Of a stretch of 64,000 nt of DNA, positions 1 through 9,465 are shown in pieces; the stretch's first letter is position 1, and the number at the start of each line of letters is the position of its first letter. Below the pieces are notes generated by a model. The model did not search any database. It saw nothing but the letters and a program-made list of their open reading frames with translations, and was not told where the DNA came from. Source of the DNA: a virus. The position numbers and the translations under genes were made by a program. The stretch spans positions 1-64,000 of the IMG/VR virus record IMGVR_UViG_3300005563_000031. One strand, 5' to 3'.

Positions 1-669
1 GAACATTACTGGGGCGTTATTTCGCCGGATGAGGCGATACCAGGAAGTTAGTCGGGAGGTGTGCCGATACTCCGACGTCACAACATTACTTGCTCGAGGA
101 CTGTTTACAGCGTCGATCTCCTCGCACGGAAAAATGCTATAAGTAGTCCGCGAAACACACGGCAACCCTCGCGTATCCCTAGGATCTCAAAATGGATACC
201 ACTAGCGGGACGGCTACCGCAAAACAGTAGCCGTCCCGCGCCTTTCGTCGAAATAAGGTGTGTTTGCTAAGGGTTTACAGGTTGTAATACAGAGCCTGTA
301 TCTTGACAGTTGGTCGGAGTCCTTCCTGCTATCCGAGGCCGCCGAGCGCGCCAACTCGCAGTACTTTTTGTTAAGTGGACCGTTAGGTAGGTATAGCTCC
401 GGGTGCAATCCCTGGCACACGCTTGTTCACTGTCTTACTTAAGCGTAGCGCTGAAACATACCCACGCGACCGAACATATTCATGCGCAAATTTTGCAATG
501 TTGCAAGTCCTTTACACTTCACCCATGTCGTAAAGCTCGTGTTTCAAACACTGAAAACAGCCATAATTACCGTGTTTTTTGCAACAGTAACAATTTTTGC
601 TATTTGTTTGTCGTTGTTACTTACGGCGTACTGGTACGCACGCGATCCGCGCTGGCCGAAGGCTTTACT

Positions 670-698
670 ACGCAAAATCGTCGGATAGTCTATATAAT
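670..698 (+). promoter_or_regulatory. sigma70-like promoter with ATAGTCTATATA operator; probably gives a leaderless mRNA
   Basis: ACGCAA-N17-TATAAT; shared motif at 685-696; ATG at 706 is 7 nt after the -10. Confidence 0.6.
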
Positions 699-705
699 CG
701 GTAGC

Positions 706-978
706 ATGAATACCAATACCGAGCGCGTTGGCGCTGAATCTGTTGCGAAGTTTTTAGGCGTTACAAAAACGACCGTATATTCCCTTGCTAAAGGGGTGCG
801 CGGTTGGAAGCGCATAGAACCACTACCATACCACGTGCGTGCTAGTAATCCTGTGCGTGACCGACTGGAGTTTGATCTGAATGAAATCTCAGCGTGGCAA
901 GCACGTGTCGGGTTCCGTGTCAGCGAGCACCGGAACAGACACACTCCTCGCGTCCAACTCCAAGAAGCTACCGCCTAA
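706..978 (+). CDS. small HTH DNA-binding protein (excisionase/AlpA-like), candidate regulator
   Basis: AESVAKFLGVTKTTVYSLAK helix-turn-helix plus wing LEFDLNEISAW; start moved to ATG 706. Confidence 0.65.
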   Translation: MNTNTERVGAESVAKFLGVTKTTVYSLAKGVRGWKRIEPLPYHVRASNPVRDRLEFDLNEISAWQARVGFRVSEHRNRHTPRVQLQEATA

Positions 979-1615
979 GTTAAAGGCACTGCTGCCGCAA
1001 CTGGCCGCTTTATCCCCCGCCGAGCGCGCACTAGGCATTAGCGTACTACGCAGCCTCGGCGCCGTTCACCCCCTGCACCAACTATTGTCTGACTCCGTAC
1101 GGGCGGTTGTGGGCAACGGGGTGTTCTGTACACCCGGCAGCAGTTACGAGAAGCAAGTGGAAGTGGTGCTCGAAAAGGCCCGCGACATTGGCATAGGTGA
1201 CGGCGACCACACACGCGACGCGGCGCTAATGAACGTGATGGTGCGCGCGGCCCGAGCGCGACTGGAGCGCGATCGCATTAGTGTGTGCGCAACCTACATT
1301 GTGGAAACACTATTTGAGGACAGTTGGAAGGAGTTGGCCGACATGTTGTACCCCGGCTATGGCTTCCAGCTTATCGGGGACGTGCTATGCAAGCGAGTTT
1401 TGACTGGGAAAGAATCCTCCGAGAACTCAACATCGAGTACGTCACGCGTGGGAAGAACGTCGGCAAGGGCGAAATCAACATCAAGTGCCCCTGGTGCGGC
1501 CCAAACGACCCCTCCCACCACCTTGGAATCAACTCCGAAAAGGGCGCCTGGCGCTGCTGGCGAAACAAAACCCACCACAGTGGGTACAGTACGTCGTATC
1601 TCCTTACGAAGTTAG
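881..1615 (+). CDS. hypothetical protein
   Basis: 244-aa ORF; last ~75 aa are a low-complexity run-on over the primase start; start uncertain. Confidence 0.55.
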   Translation: MKSQRGKHVSGSVSASTGTDTLLASNSKKLPPKLKALLPQLAALSPAERALGISVLRSLGAVHPLHQLLSDSVRAVVGNGVFCTPGSSYEKQVEVVLEKARDIGIGDGDHTRDAALMNVMVRAARARLERDRISVCATYIVETLFEDSWKELADMLYPGYGFQLIGDVLCKRVLTGKESSENSTSSTSRVGRTSARAKSTSSAPGAAQTTPPTTLESTPKRAPGAAGETKPTTVGTVRRISLRS

Positions 1616-2379
1616 TTGGAAGGCAGAAGGCACTTGGAATACTCCGCAAATACGGTCTCGCAAATGTCCGAGGAACTCAGCGTGCTAATCCGCCAAGCGA
1701 TCGAGGCGGCGCTGAACGACCCACAGACTTTCGCTTCCCGCCCGGTGTATTCCCGTATGACCCCGGCTTTGACCGAGCGACTGCGAGTTACCTCGTGTCT
1801 CGTGGATTCCGCAATGACGATGTCACGGCCGTTTGCAGCACTTTCCAACTCCACGTCGGACGGTACGGCGACTATGCGTCTCGTCTTATCATTCCATATA
1901 TCGTCGGTGGTGTCGTTGCGCACTTCACCGCCCGAGCCATCGCCCCAAGCCGCCTGCGATTCAAAGCAAGCCCCTCAGACCTAGCTACTTATGATCCCAC
2001 GCAACTGGTATTCAACAGCGATGCGCTGTCGAATCCGGCTGGCGTTATACTGGTGGAAGGTCCGCTGGATGCTATCAAAGCAACTGTCTACGGTCCTTTA
2101 CCGGCTGTCGCTTTATCTACTAACACGGCCAGCCCTGCGCAAATCCTACTCCTTAAACGAGCGCGCCGCGTTATTATCCTTACCGACAACGACAATGTTA
2201 AGACACATTCTGTCGGGGACATTTCCGCACAAGCGCTGACCTTGTTCGCGCAGCTAATGCGGGCCGGCGTGCCCGTCATGTTGCAACCGATGATGCGTGG
2301 ATACAAGGACTTAGCTGAGATTCCGTGGAATTTGTACCCGGATTTGGTGAATTTAGATACATTGCTTGCACAACGGTGA
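1387..2379 (+). CDS. DNA primase (Zn finger + TOPRIM)
   Basis: CPWC...H...CWR Zn finger; TOPRIM motifs LVEGPLDA, LTDND, YKDLAE. Confidence 0.9.
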   Translation: MQASFDWERILRELNIEYVTRGKNVGKGEINIKCPWCGPNDPSHHLGINSEKGAWRCWRNKTHHSGYSTSYLLTKLVGRQKALGILRKYGLANVRGTQRANPPSDRGGAERPTDFRFPPGVFPYDPGFDRATASYLVSRGFRNDDVTAVCSTFQLHVGRYGDYASRLIIPYIVGGVVAHFTARAIAPSRLRFKASPSDLATYDPTQLVFNSDALSNPAGVILVEGPLDAIKATVYGPLPAVALSTNTASPAQILLLKRARRVIILTDNDNVKTHSVGDISAQALTLFAQLMRAGVPVMLQPMMRGYKDLAEIPWNLYPDLVNLDTLLAQR

Positions 2380-2395
2380 AAATAGTCTATATAAT
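2366..2395 (+). promoter_or_regulatory. sigma70-like promoter with shared operator
   Basis: TTGCAC-N18-TATAAT; ATAGTCTATATA at 2382-2393. Confidence 0.65.
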
Positions 2396-2440
2396 CGCCG
2401 CCCGTTTAACGTAAGCTAATTTCTAACCGGAGTTCCTCAA

Positions 2441-2635
2441 ATGGGCAAATGGTGTGCCGGCATACTCGTTCTAGTCGCTGCGCTGTGTGCAGAGATGTGG
2501 TGGGAGAGGCGTAAACACAAGCTGCACACCGAAGTGCACTGGCGGCCGTTCGATCCGGGGTTCTACACCTATATTGGCGGCAACAGCAAGCGCCGCTACT
2601 TCCGGTTTCTGTGGTGGGAGGTGATCCTGCCATGA
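2441..2635 (+). CDS. small membrane protein
   Basis: CCGGAGTT RBS; N-terminal hydrophobic stretch. Confidence 0.6.
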   Translation: MGKWCAGILVLVAALCAEMWWERRKHKLHTEVHWRPFDPGFYTYIGGNSKRRYFRFLWWEVILP

Positions 2636-2847
2636 ACGACTTTGAAAAGAACCGGCCGCAGCCGGGCGAGCATGTTACCTACGAAACCGCACGCATTGCG
2701 CTAACCGACCGAGGGCACGTGGTGCGTACGGAGGGTGATATTTGCTATTGCCGCCTTCCACAAAGCACCAACGAAACGTCCTTTATTTGGAGACATCCGG
2801 ACGGGTTGAACACACTACACGATTGGCCATCTAAACACATTGCTTAA
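2632..2847 (+). CDS. hypothetical protein
   Basis: GGAGG RBS; ATGA overlap with previous gene. Confidence 0.6.
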   Translation: MNDFEKNRPQPGEHVTYETARIALTDRGHVVRTEGDICYCRLPQSTNETSFIWRHPDGLNTLHDWPSKHIA

Positions 2848-2869
2848 CACTCCGGGGGGAGTATCGCCT

Positions 2870-4381
2870 ATGCAAGTCGCAATGGACGTGTTGCAGGGTT
2901 ATTTGACGCGACTTTACCAAAAGGACGCGTGGCGCATGCGCTCGTGGACGAGCGAAGACTACGTGCAGGAGGGCTTACTGCAGTACCTCATCATCGAGAA
3001 ACACTACCGCGACAAAGCGGTGAAACCGACCGAATCCAAAGCCGAGGCCGCGCGCCGAGCGATCGGGGAATTGCTTGCGACCGGACACCACTACACGCTC
3101 GAGGAACTGATCACCGCCAGTGGTGCTACGTCCGTGTCGACACGTACCGCACTGTCAGACCTCAAAAATTCGAAGTACTGCGCGCCCTACCACAAGCCGC
3201 TGCCTATCGTCAAAAACAACGACGGCACGTACTGTTTCTCGACGAAACGCGAGCCACAATTGATTACCGAAGCGAAGCACTTGATGGCGTTGTTTCAAAC
3301 ACATTGGTATCGCTACGTGCACGACAAAGCTGCCCGAGAATTACCTAATAATACGCTTTCCATCGAAAGCCAACACGGGGACGGCGAGCAGTATTCGCCT
3401 ACAATCGAGGCATTAGAAGCTGCCGCTACGATGGCCGACATCGAAACGACCTCCCTCCTCGACGGGTTGAATGAGGATGCGCAGGCACTCGTGGCGCTGT
3501 TTATGAGCCCTAACGAGATGCTCTCGGATATAATGAAAGGTATATCTTTTACGATTAAGCAAGCCGCTGCCATTGCGCAGGAATTGCAGAAAACGTATCC
3601 GCGCATAACAACGGAACGGGTTTTGATGGCAGCCCGTGTTTTAGCTGCCCGATTAAAGCCCGCCGTGTTTAAGCGCGGAGACACAGTAGACACTACAAAG
3701 GAACACATTATGACCACACCGATCCAGAAGCTGGCGACAGCGACGGGTCTCATTCACCAATCCAATGAACCGCGTGAGGCGTACCTCATTCGCCTCATGG
3801 AAGGCGTCAGCGCGTTGTCGGAAGCCGCCTGGGAGGGGTTGGCGGAGGACGCGAAGAAGGCATACAACGACATGGCACAAGCACACAATGACAAAAAACC
3901 ACTGGTTGGCTCCGCAGACGGCAGCGAGGAAACGCCGGCAGCGGTTGCAAGTGCTCGCACAATGCCTCGAAAGACTGCAGCGCGCACTAACGTTGACAAA
4001 GCAGCGAAGCGACAAAGCCCCACGAGTCGGGCGCGGGAAATCATCGTCCTCAACACAAACTTGACGGCGGCGCAGGTATTCGAGCAGCTGAAGTCCGAAG
4101 GCTTCGATGGTGCCTCTGTAGCTACGCTGCAGTCGATGCGCTCGGAAGCGAAAGCGATGATTGCGATTCTCACAGCACACGGCTTGTACGCGGCCAAAGA
4201 GACTGCAGCATCCCCGGCCGTTGCGGACACACCGGTGGCAGACGATGCCGGCGGCACGACGGTAGCTTCGCCTACTCCACCAGCCCCGGCGGCGCCTGCG
4301 ACGAAGCGCACGGCCGCGAAGAAAAAGGCGGCGCCGGTCGCTACGCCTGCCGTGAAGGAAGAGACCGAAACCGCAGCCTGA
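2870..4381 (+). CDS. sigma-factor-like N-terminal domain joined in frame to an Ala/Lys/Pro-rich putative DNA-binding domain
   Basis: SEDYVQEGLLQYL resembles sigma region 2; wHTH-like YTLEELITASGATSVSTRTALSDLK; internal RBS+ATG at 3710; histone-like tail PATKRTAAKKKAA. Confidence 0.55.
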   Translation: MQVAMDVLQGYLTRLYQKDAWRMRSWTSEDYVQEGLLQYLIIEKHYRDKAVKPTESKAEAARRAIGELLATGHHYTLEELITASGATSVSTRTALSDLKNSKYCAPYHKPLPIVKNNDGTYCFSTKREPQLITEAKHLMALFQTHWYRYVHDKAARELPNNTLSIESQHGDGEQYSPTIEALEAAATMADIETTSLLDGLNEDAQALVALFMSPNEMLSDIMKGISFTIKQAAAIAQELQKTYPRITTERVLMAARVLAARLKPAVFKRGDTVDTTKEHIMTTPIQKLATATGLIHQSNEPREAYLIRLMEGVSALSEAAWEGLAEDAKKAYNDMAQAHNDKKPLVGSADGSEETPAAVASARTMPRKTAARTNVDKAAKRQSPTSRAREIIVLNTNLTAAQVFEQLKSEGFDGASVATLQSMRSEAKAMIAILTAHGLYAAKETAASPAVADTPVADDAGGTTVASPTPPAPAAPATKRTAAKKKAAPVATPAVKEETETAA

Positions 4382-4389
4382 GGAAGTAC

Positions 4390-5271
4390 ATGTCATCTAC
4401 TGAGACTGCTGTCGAGGATAAAGCGGATGCCTCGACAGCACTGAAGACAGCGACGCAAGTCGCTGGGATTCCGCGACCGGTGGTAGTGGTGTTTTCGGGT
4501 GGACAAGATTCCACGACGTGTTTGTTTCACACAATCAACGCCACAGATCCCGAAACTGAAATCTACTGCATCACGATTGACTATGGGCAGACGCATTTCC
4601 GCGAGCTGAACGCGGCGGCACAAGTCGTCGACCAAGCGCGCAAGTTCTACCCAAACCGCGTAATACAACACGAGGTTGTCGCGCTGAAACACGTACTGCG
4701 CGGTACGAGCCCCCTGGTACAGGGCGGCGACAAGTTGGAGCAGTACGAGAATTGGCAGTCGCTGCCTGGCGGTATCGAGAAGACGTTTGTGCCGCTGCGC
4801 AACCAGCTCTTCCTCACTATTGCGGCAAATCGAGCAGTGTTGCTGAAATCACAACTTATCGTCACCGGTGTCTCGCAGGAAGACTACGGCGGCTATCCGG
4901 ATTGTCGCGAAAAGTTTCTCGAAGCACTGGAAGTAGCCATCAACGAATCGTTGGCCGGAATGCACGAGATCGTTATCTCAGCACCGCTCATGCACCGCTC
5001 GAAAGCGGATACCGTACGGCTGGCACAACAGCTGCACGGGTGTATGGAGGCGTTATCGTACTCGCACACAGCATACGACGGCGTATACCCGCCGATTGGT
5101 AAAGACCACGCGACATTGTTGCGGGCAAAGGGCTTTGCGGAAGCGGGGGTAGCGGATCCACTCGTCGTACGCGCGTGGCGCAACGGGCACATGCCGTTGC
5201 CTGATACCGCCAACTATGACAGTTTGCGGCCTGTAGTGGATAAGGGCATAGTGGGCAACGAAGCAACCTAA
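4390..5271 (+). CDS. queC: 7-cyano-7-deazaguanine synthase QueC
   Basis: VVVFSGGQDSTTC PP-loop, IDYGQTH, FVPLRNQLFL, GYPDCR. Confidence 0.95.
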   Translation: MSSTETAVEDKADASTALKTATQVAGIPRPVVVVFSGGQDSTTCLFHTINATDPETEIYCITIDYGQTHFRELNAAAQVVDQARKFYPNRVIQHEVVALKHVLRGTSPLVQGGDKLEQYENWQSLPGGIEKTFVPLRNQLFLTIAANRAVLLKSQLIVTGVSQEDYGGYPDCREKFLEALEVAINESLAGMHEIVISAPLMHRSKADTVRLAQQLHGCMEALSYSHTAYDGVYPPIGKDHATLLRAKGFAEAGVADPLVVRAWRNGHMPLPDTANYDSLRPVVDKGIVGNEAT

Positions 5272-5330
5272 CAATACGGTCGTACGCGATGTTTAAGGGC
5301 TGTAGACACTCCCTACAGCCCCACTTTTCT

Positions 5331-5864
5331 ATGAGACCGATTCCCACCATTTTCCTTCGTCAGTTTGAAGACGGCATCGTGCTGAATATCTGGCGCGAGT
5401 CGTGTCGATGGGTGCGGGAGGGGGAGGGGATTGCGGTTCGCAAGTGGGACGGGGAATGCTGTTTGGTACAAGACGGGCATTACTACAAACGACACGTGGT
5501 ACACCTCAATGAACAGGCGCCGCCTGAATTCGTGGCTGTTGACACTACCTACCTACAAGATACCGTTGGATGGCTTCCAGTTACAGCTTCACCAAACGAC
5601 AAGTGGTACTGTGAAGCTATCCGAAACGGGCTACCCGAGAACGGCACATACGAGCTTGTGGGTCCATGTATTAACGGCAACAAAGACGGATTTGACAAAC
5701 ACCAACTAATTCGTCATACCGGCGGCACGGACTTGGAAGCGCCCCGCACCTTCGACGGGTTGCTCACGTTCTTTTCCTACGTGCATATCGAGGGTATAGT
5801 CTGGCATCGGGGAAACGGCGACATGGCGAAAATAAAGCGCGCTGATTTCGGTTTTCCGTGGTAA
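5331..5864 (+). CDS. RNA ligase-like nucleotidyltransferase (DUF5565/RLIG1-like)
   Basis: KWDG motif I, TYELVGP, EGIVWH motif IV, MAKIK motif V. Confidence 0.7.
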   Translation: MRPIPTIFLRQFEDGIVLNIWRESCRWVREGEGIAVRKWDGECCLVQDGHYYKRHVVHLNEQAPPEFVAVDTTYLQDTVGWLPVTASPNDKWYCEAIRNGLPENGTYELVGPCINGNKDGFDKHQLIRHTGGTDLEAPRTFDGLLTFFSYVHIEGIVWHRGNGDMAKIKRADFGFPW

Positions 5865-5883
5865 ATACCAACAAGGACTGCTT

Positions 5884-6153
5884 GTGAACAAATCTGAATT
5901 GTTGAATGACCCCAATTCCTGCCTTAGCAAGGCACGCCCGCTTGAGCCTGTGTTTCTTTTGCGCGCCAATGACCCAATGGCCGCGCAAACGATTCGCTTG
6001 TGGGCGGCACAGAATGAGGGTAAGCAGCCGCCGGACAAGATCGCGGAGGCGTTGGATATCGCGGAAGCTTTTGACCTCTATCATACCAACAACGTGCCCA
6101 AGTGCACCGACAACGCCCCGCACGGTGCAAAGCCACTGCGGCCAATTCGCTAA
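5884..6153 (+). CDS. conserved phage hypothetical (EPVFLLRAxD type)
   Basis: AAGGA RBS; EPVFLLRANDPMAAQTIRLWA. Confidence 0.7.
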   Translation: MNKSELLNDPNSCLSKARPLEPVFLLRANDPMAAQTIRLWAAQNEGKQPPDKIAEALDIAEAFDLYHTNNVPKCTDNAPHGAKPLRPIR

Positions 6154-6159
6154 CCCGTC

Positions 6160-6726
6160 GTGTTAACCGTGGAGCAAATAATCCTCGAGCTGCTGCACAT
6201 GCTCGGGGAAAACCCCCGTCGCGATGGTCTGCAAGACACGCCCGCTCGCGTGGCGAAAGCATGGCGCGAGTGGACAGCGGGATACGTGGAATCGCCCGCG
6301 CAGATCCTCAAATCGTTCGAGGAACCCGATGCCAACGAGATGGTCGTGGTGCGGGATATTCCATTCTACTCGATTTGCGAACACCATTTAGCGCCGTTCT
6401 TTGGTGTCGCGCATATCGGTTACATTCCAAAAGGGCGGGTGGTGGGATTATCCAAACTCCCGCGTCTCGTACGCTGTTTCGCACGACGATTAACCATACA
6501 AGAGCGCATCGCGACGCAAACCGCCGATGCGCTCGCTAAACACCTCGATGCCAAAGGCGTCGGAGTAGTCCTCGAAGCACGCCACTTGTGCATGGAGTCG
6601 CGCGGCATTGCGACGCCCGGCGCCATTACTACGACGAGCGCGTTGCGCGGCTGCATTTCAACCGAAGCTGACGCGCGTGCCGAATTCCTCTCGCTAACAC
6701 GGAGCCGCCCCAATGTCGCAGTCTAA
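6160..6726 (+). CDS. folE: GTP cyclohydrolase I FolE
   Basis: GLQDTPARVAK, SICEHH, GLSKLPR, EARHLCMESRG. Confidence 0.97.
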   Translation: MLTVEQIILELLHMLGENPRRDGLQDTPARVAKAWREWTAGYVESPAQILKSFEEPDANEMVVVRDIPFYSICEHHLAPFFGVAHIGYIPKGRVVGLSKLPRLVRCFARRLTIQERIATQTADALAKHLDAKGVGVVLEARHLCMESRGIATPGAITTTSALRGCISTEADARAEFLSLTRSRPNVAV

Positions 6727-7147
6727 GGACTTATCAGCGGGCCTGCATGCACTTGGCAGTACGGTAGCTACTACGTTCGATCGTCCCGTAGCGGCGGTGC
6801 TGGAGCGGTTTGAAAGCCCGCTCACACAAAGTCAAAACTTTGCCGGCATGATTCGCATTACATGCCCGGAGTTTACCTCGTTGTGCCCGAAGACCGGACA
6901 GCCGGATTTCGCCACGATCCGCATTAAATACCAACCCAACAAGTGGTGCGTGGAGTCGAAGTCCCTCAAGTTGTATTTGATGGGCTACCGCAATTACGGC
7001 AGTTTCCACGAGCAGTGTGTGCAGCAGATCGCAGACGACCTTGCACAGCTAATAAAGCCGCACTGGCTGCGGGTGCGTGGGGAATTTACTCCGCGTGGCG
7101 GCATTCCGTTTTGGCCTGAGGTACAGTATTTCGGAAACGGGCGGTAA
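6713..7147 (+). CDS. queF: NADPH-dependent preQ0 reductase QueF (type I)
   Basis: PEFTSLCPKTGQPDFA; QueF motif ESKSLKLY; FHE; PRGG. Confidence 0.95.
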   Translation: MSQSKDLSAGLHALGSTVATTFDRPVAAVLERFESPLTQSQNFAGMIRITCPEFTSLCPKTGQPDFATIRIKYQPNKWCVESKSLKLYLMGYRNYGSFHEQCVQQIADDLAQLIKPHWLRVRGEFTPRGGIPFWPEVQYFGNGR

Positions 7148-7156
7148 GGATAAAAC

Positions 7157-7399
7157 ATGATCAGTCAATGGCAAGCCAAACACAACGCCCTCATGCGCGC
7201 TCGATGCGTACCGTGTCGCGGCACGGGCGCACTCGATAATGCGCAGTTGCACGGACAGTTCTTTGTGGAGTGGCCGTGTTCTACTTGTAACGGCAGCGGA
7301 TTCGCACCGCAACCAATTGAACACCAACCACCCTCCGGTGTCGTACAAGCGGCGATCAACAAGTCTCTGGACGACGACATGTCGGATTTCCATACCTAA
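7157..7399 (+). CDS. small DnaJ-type Zn-finger protein
   Basis: CVPCRGTG and CSTCNGSG repeats; AAGGA RBS. Confidence 0.7.
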   Translation: MISQWQAKHNALMRARCVPCRGTGALDNAQLHGQFFVEWPCSTCNGSGFAPQPIEHQPPSGVVQAAINKSLDDDMSDFHT

Positions 7400-8496
7400 T
7401 GAAGCAATTAGAGTGGCTGAAAAAGCCCATTGTTGAAACAAACGAGCATCCCTACATACTGCTCGATAGTGGCGCGTACTCGGTCTGGCGTTCCGGAGCT
7501 AAAGTCGATCCTACAAAGTTCGTTGAGTACTGCCGCACGGTGAAGGACTGGACGCTTGCGTGTGTGAATCTCGATACGATTCCCGGCGCCTGGGGTGCGC
7601 GGGCGTCGCCACAACAGGTCGAGGACGCGTGCCAGGAATCATTCAACATGTGGGAACGGCTGCGCGATACCGGCGCACACATGATGCCCGTTTACCACCA
7701 AACGGATCATATCTCGTGGCTACACAAGTACATCGATGCGGGTGCGAAATATATCGGGATCTCACCAACCGATTCGTTTGCACCACCGATCCGCCACCAG
7801 TGGCTGATCGACATCCACCAGTATATGCGGGATGCTGGTATACGCCTCAACAAGGATGTTTTTACTCACGGATTGGGCGTTTTCTCACCACGGGCAGTGA
7901 TGCCGGACGAAGTTGGTTCGAACATTGGTTTTTGGTCTGCCGACGCCTCTACTTTGATTCGCTACATCGCAATCAAACGCATCCTCATCCCGAAAACGGA
8001 CCCCGCATGGGACCTTAAAGGCCGGGTAACAGGTTGGATCCCGATTTACACAGGCGGGCGCGGTAACAACCACGTCACTGTTACCAACATTAACTGGAAG
8101 TTCATCCGCGAGTACGTCGAGCTGCACGAGGCGCGACTGAAGGCGGAGGGTAAGAACCCGGAATGGGTGTATTCCTTTGGCCCCGGCGGACGATTGCTAA
8201 TCGATGACTACGCGACGTTGATGTCAATCAACTTGGTGTTGGTCCGACAAGCGATGCAACAAAGCGGCGTACGGTGTTTTGTCGCCGGCCAACTGCCGCT
8301 TGCTATCTGGCAGGTCGCTGTTAAGGAACGTTATCCCTATATTTTACGCAGCTACGCAGTCATTAAAGAAACACATGGCAACACGATCAAACGCATCTAC
8401 GACCGCACCTGGGAAAGACCAGCCCGTCGCCCCGAACGGGACAAAGTGGTCACTACTCGCGGCCTGTTCCCACAGTTCGGCCATAGCGGTTGGTAA
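7399..8496 (+). CDS. divergent TGT-fold transglycosylase (DpdA-like 7-deazaguanine insertion enzyme)
   Basis: LLDSGAYS, VNLDTIPG, MPVYH, HGLG, SADAS; next to folE/queF. Confidence 0.75.
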   Translation: MKQLEWLKKPIVETNEHPYILLDSGAYSVWRSGAKVDPTKFVEYCRTVKDWTLACVNLDTIPGAWGARASPQQVEDACQESFNMWERLRDTGAHMMPVYHQTDHISWLHKYIDAGAKYIGISPTDSFAPPIRHQWLIDIHQYMRDAGIRLNKDVFTHGLGVFSPRAVMPDEVGSNIGFWSADASTLIRYIAIKRILIPKTDPAWDLKGRVTGWIPIYTGGRGNNHVTVTNINWKFIREYVELHEARLKAEGKNPEWVYSFGPGGRLLIDDYATLMSINLVLVRQAMQQSGVRCFVAGQLPLAIWQVAVKERYPYILRSYAVIKETHGNTIKRIYDRTWERPARRPERDKVVTTRGLFPQFGHSGW

Positions 8497-9445
8497 CCGG
8501 TGCCGACTCGCTTTCCACAAAGATGGCCTGCAAGCGTACGGTGGCTATATTGAGGGCTTTCTGCCAGCCTCCTTCGCAGTCGAGGCCATTGCAGCGGACG
8601 ACAAAATCCTTGCCTTCCTTTCTCTGTCCGACGAATCCACGACGCTGAAAGCCGTTAAAGACGGCACGTTTGAATTGCAGCGGGGACCAGCGAAGGTAAA
8701 GTTTACCGCCGGCAGCGAGACCGTCATGCCCAACATTCCGGCACCGCCGGAGGATGCGTTGGTGCTTGACTTACCGGGCACTGCGTTACTCGATGCGCTG
8801 ATGGACTGCGTGCCCAAAACCGGCTGGGGTGCGATGAACAACGAGATGTTAGGTGCGGTCGTAGACCCCACCGCCATTCTCGCCACGGACAACACGTCTT
8901 TGGCCTTTGCGGAGATCGACCCACAGGAGGGCCGGGCGAAGCGTGTTATCCTGCCGCGCCCCTTCTGCATGGCACTGACGCAGTGGGTGAAAGCACTCGG
9001 TGATCGGTTCGAGTTGTCCTACACCCCCGCTGCGGTGTACGCAATGTGGGAGAGCGGCGAGGTGTTGTTTGGGCAGCTGCCCGTTATTCCAGAGGATGAT
9101 GCCGGTATGCAGTTTGACGGCATACTGGAAGAGGCCTACACGGCTAAATTCACGCCTCTCCCGCAGGACTTTGCAGCGTTGTTGGCCGAGGCGGCTATCT
9201 TCAGCGACGACATTATCTTCGAGTCAAAGAACAAGCAAATCGAGTTATCTACACCCGGTCCCATTTCCTGGCATCGCACGGTAACGTGGACGGGAAACAA
9301 CACCGGTAAAGCACACGTGTTGCCTTTAAAACGGCTCGCCACGGCGCTTGAATACTGCCAATCACTTTCTATCGGTGCAAACGACCGTATGGTGTACTTG
9401 CGTAACGACGACACAGGACTGTACGTCATCATCGCCACTAAGTAA
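8375..9445 (+). CDS. dnaN: DNA sliding clamp (beta/DnaN-like)
   Basis: ~356 aa; ILATDNTSLA and VILPRPF clamp-like segments; directly upstream of the polymerase. Confidence 0.65.
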   Translation: MATRSNASTTAPGKDQPVAPNGTKWSLLAACSHSSAIAVGNRCRLAFHKDGLQAYGGYIEGFLPASFAVEAIAADDKILAFLSLSDESTTLKAVKDGTFELQRGPAKVKFTAGSETVMPNIPAPPEDALVLDLPGTALLDALMDCVPKTGWGAMNNEMLGAVVDPTAILATDNTSLAFAEIDPQEGRAKRVILPRPFCMALTQWVKALGDRFELSYTPAAVYAMWESGEVLFGQLPVIPEDDAGMQFDGILEEAYTAKFTPLPQDFAALLAEAAIFSDDIIFESKNKQIELSTPGPISWHRTVTWTGNNTGKAHVLPLKRLATALEYCQSLSIGANDRMVYLRNDDTGLYVIIATK

Positions 9446-9465
9446 GTGGCTTAAGGACAAATGGG

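Noticed and set aside
1-660. Replication origin or genome terminus in the gene-poor, partly AT-rich left end
   Set aside because: No iterons or terminal repeats could be identified within the window.
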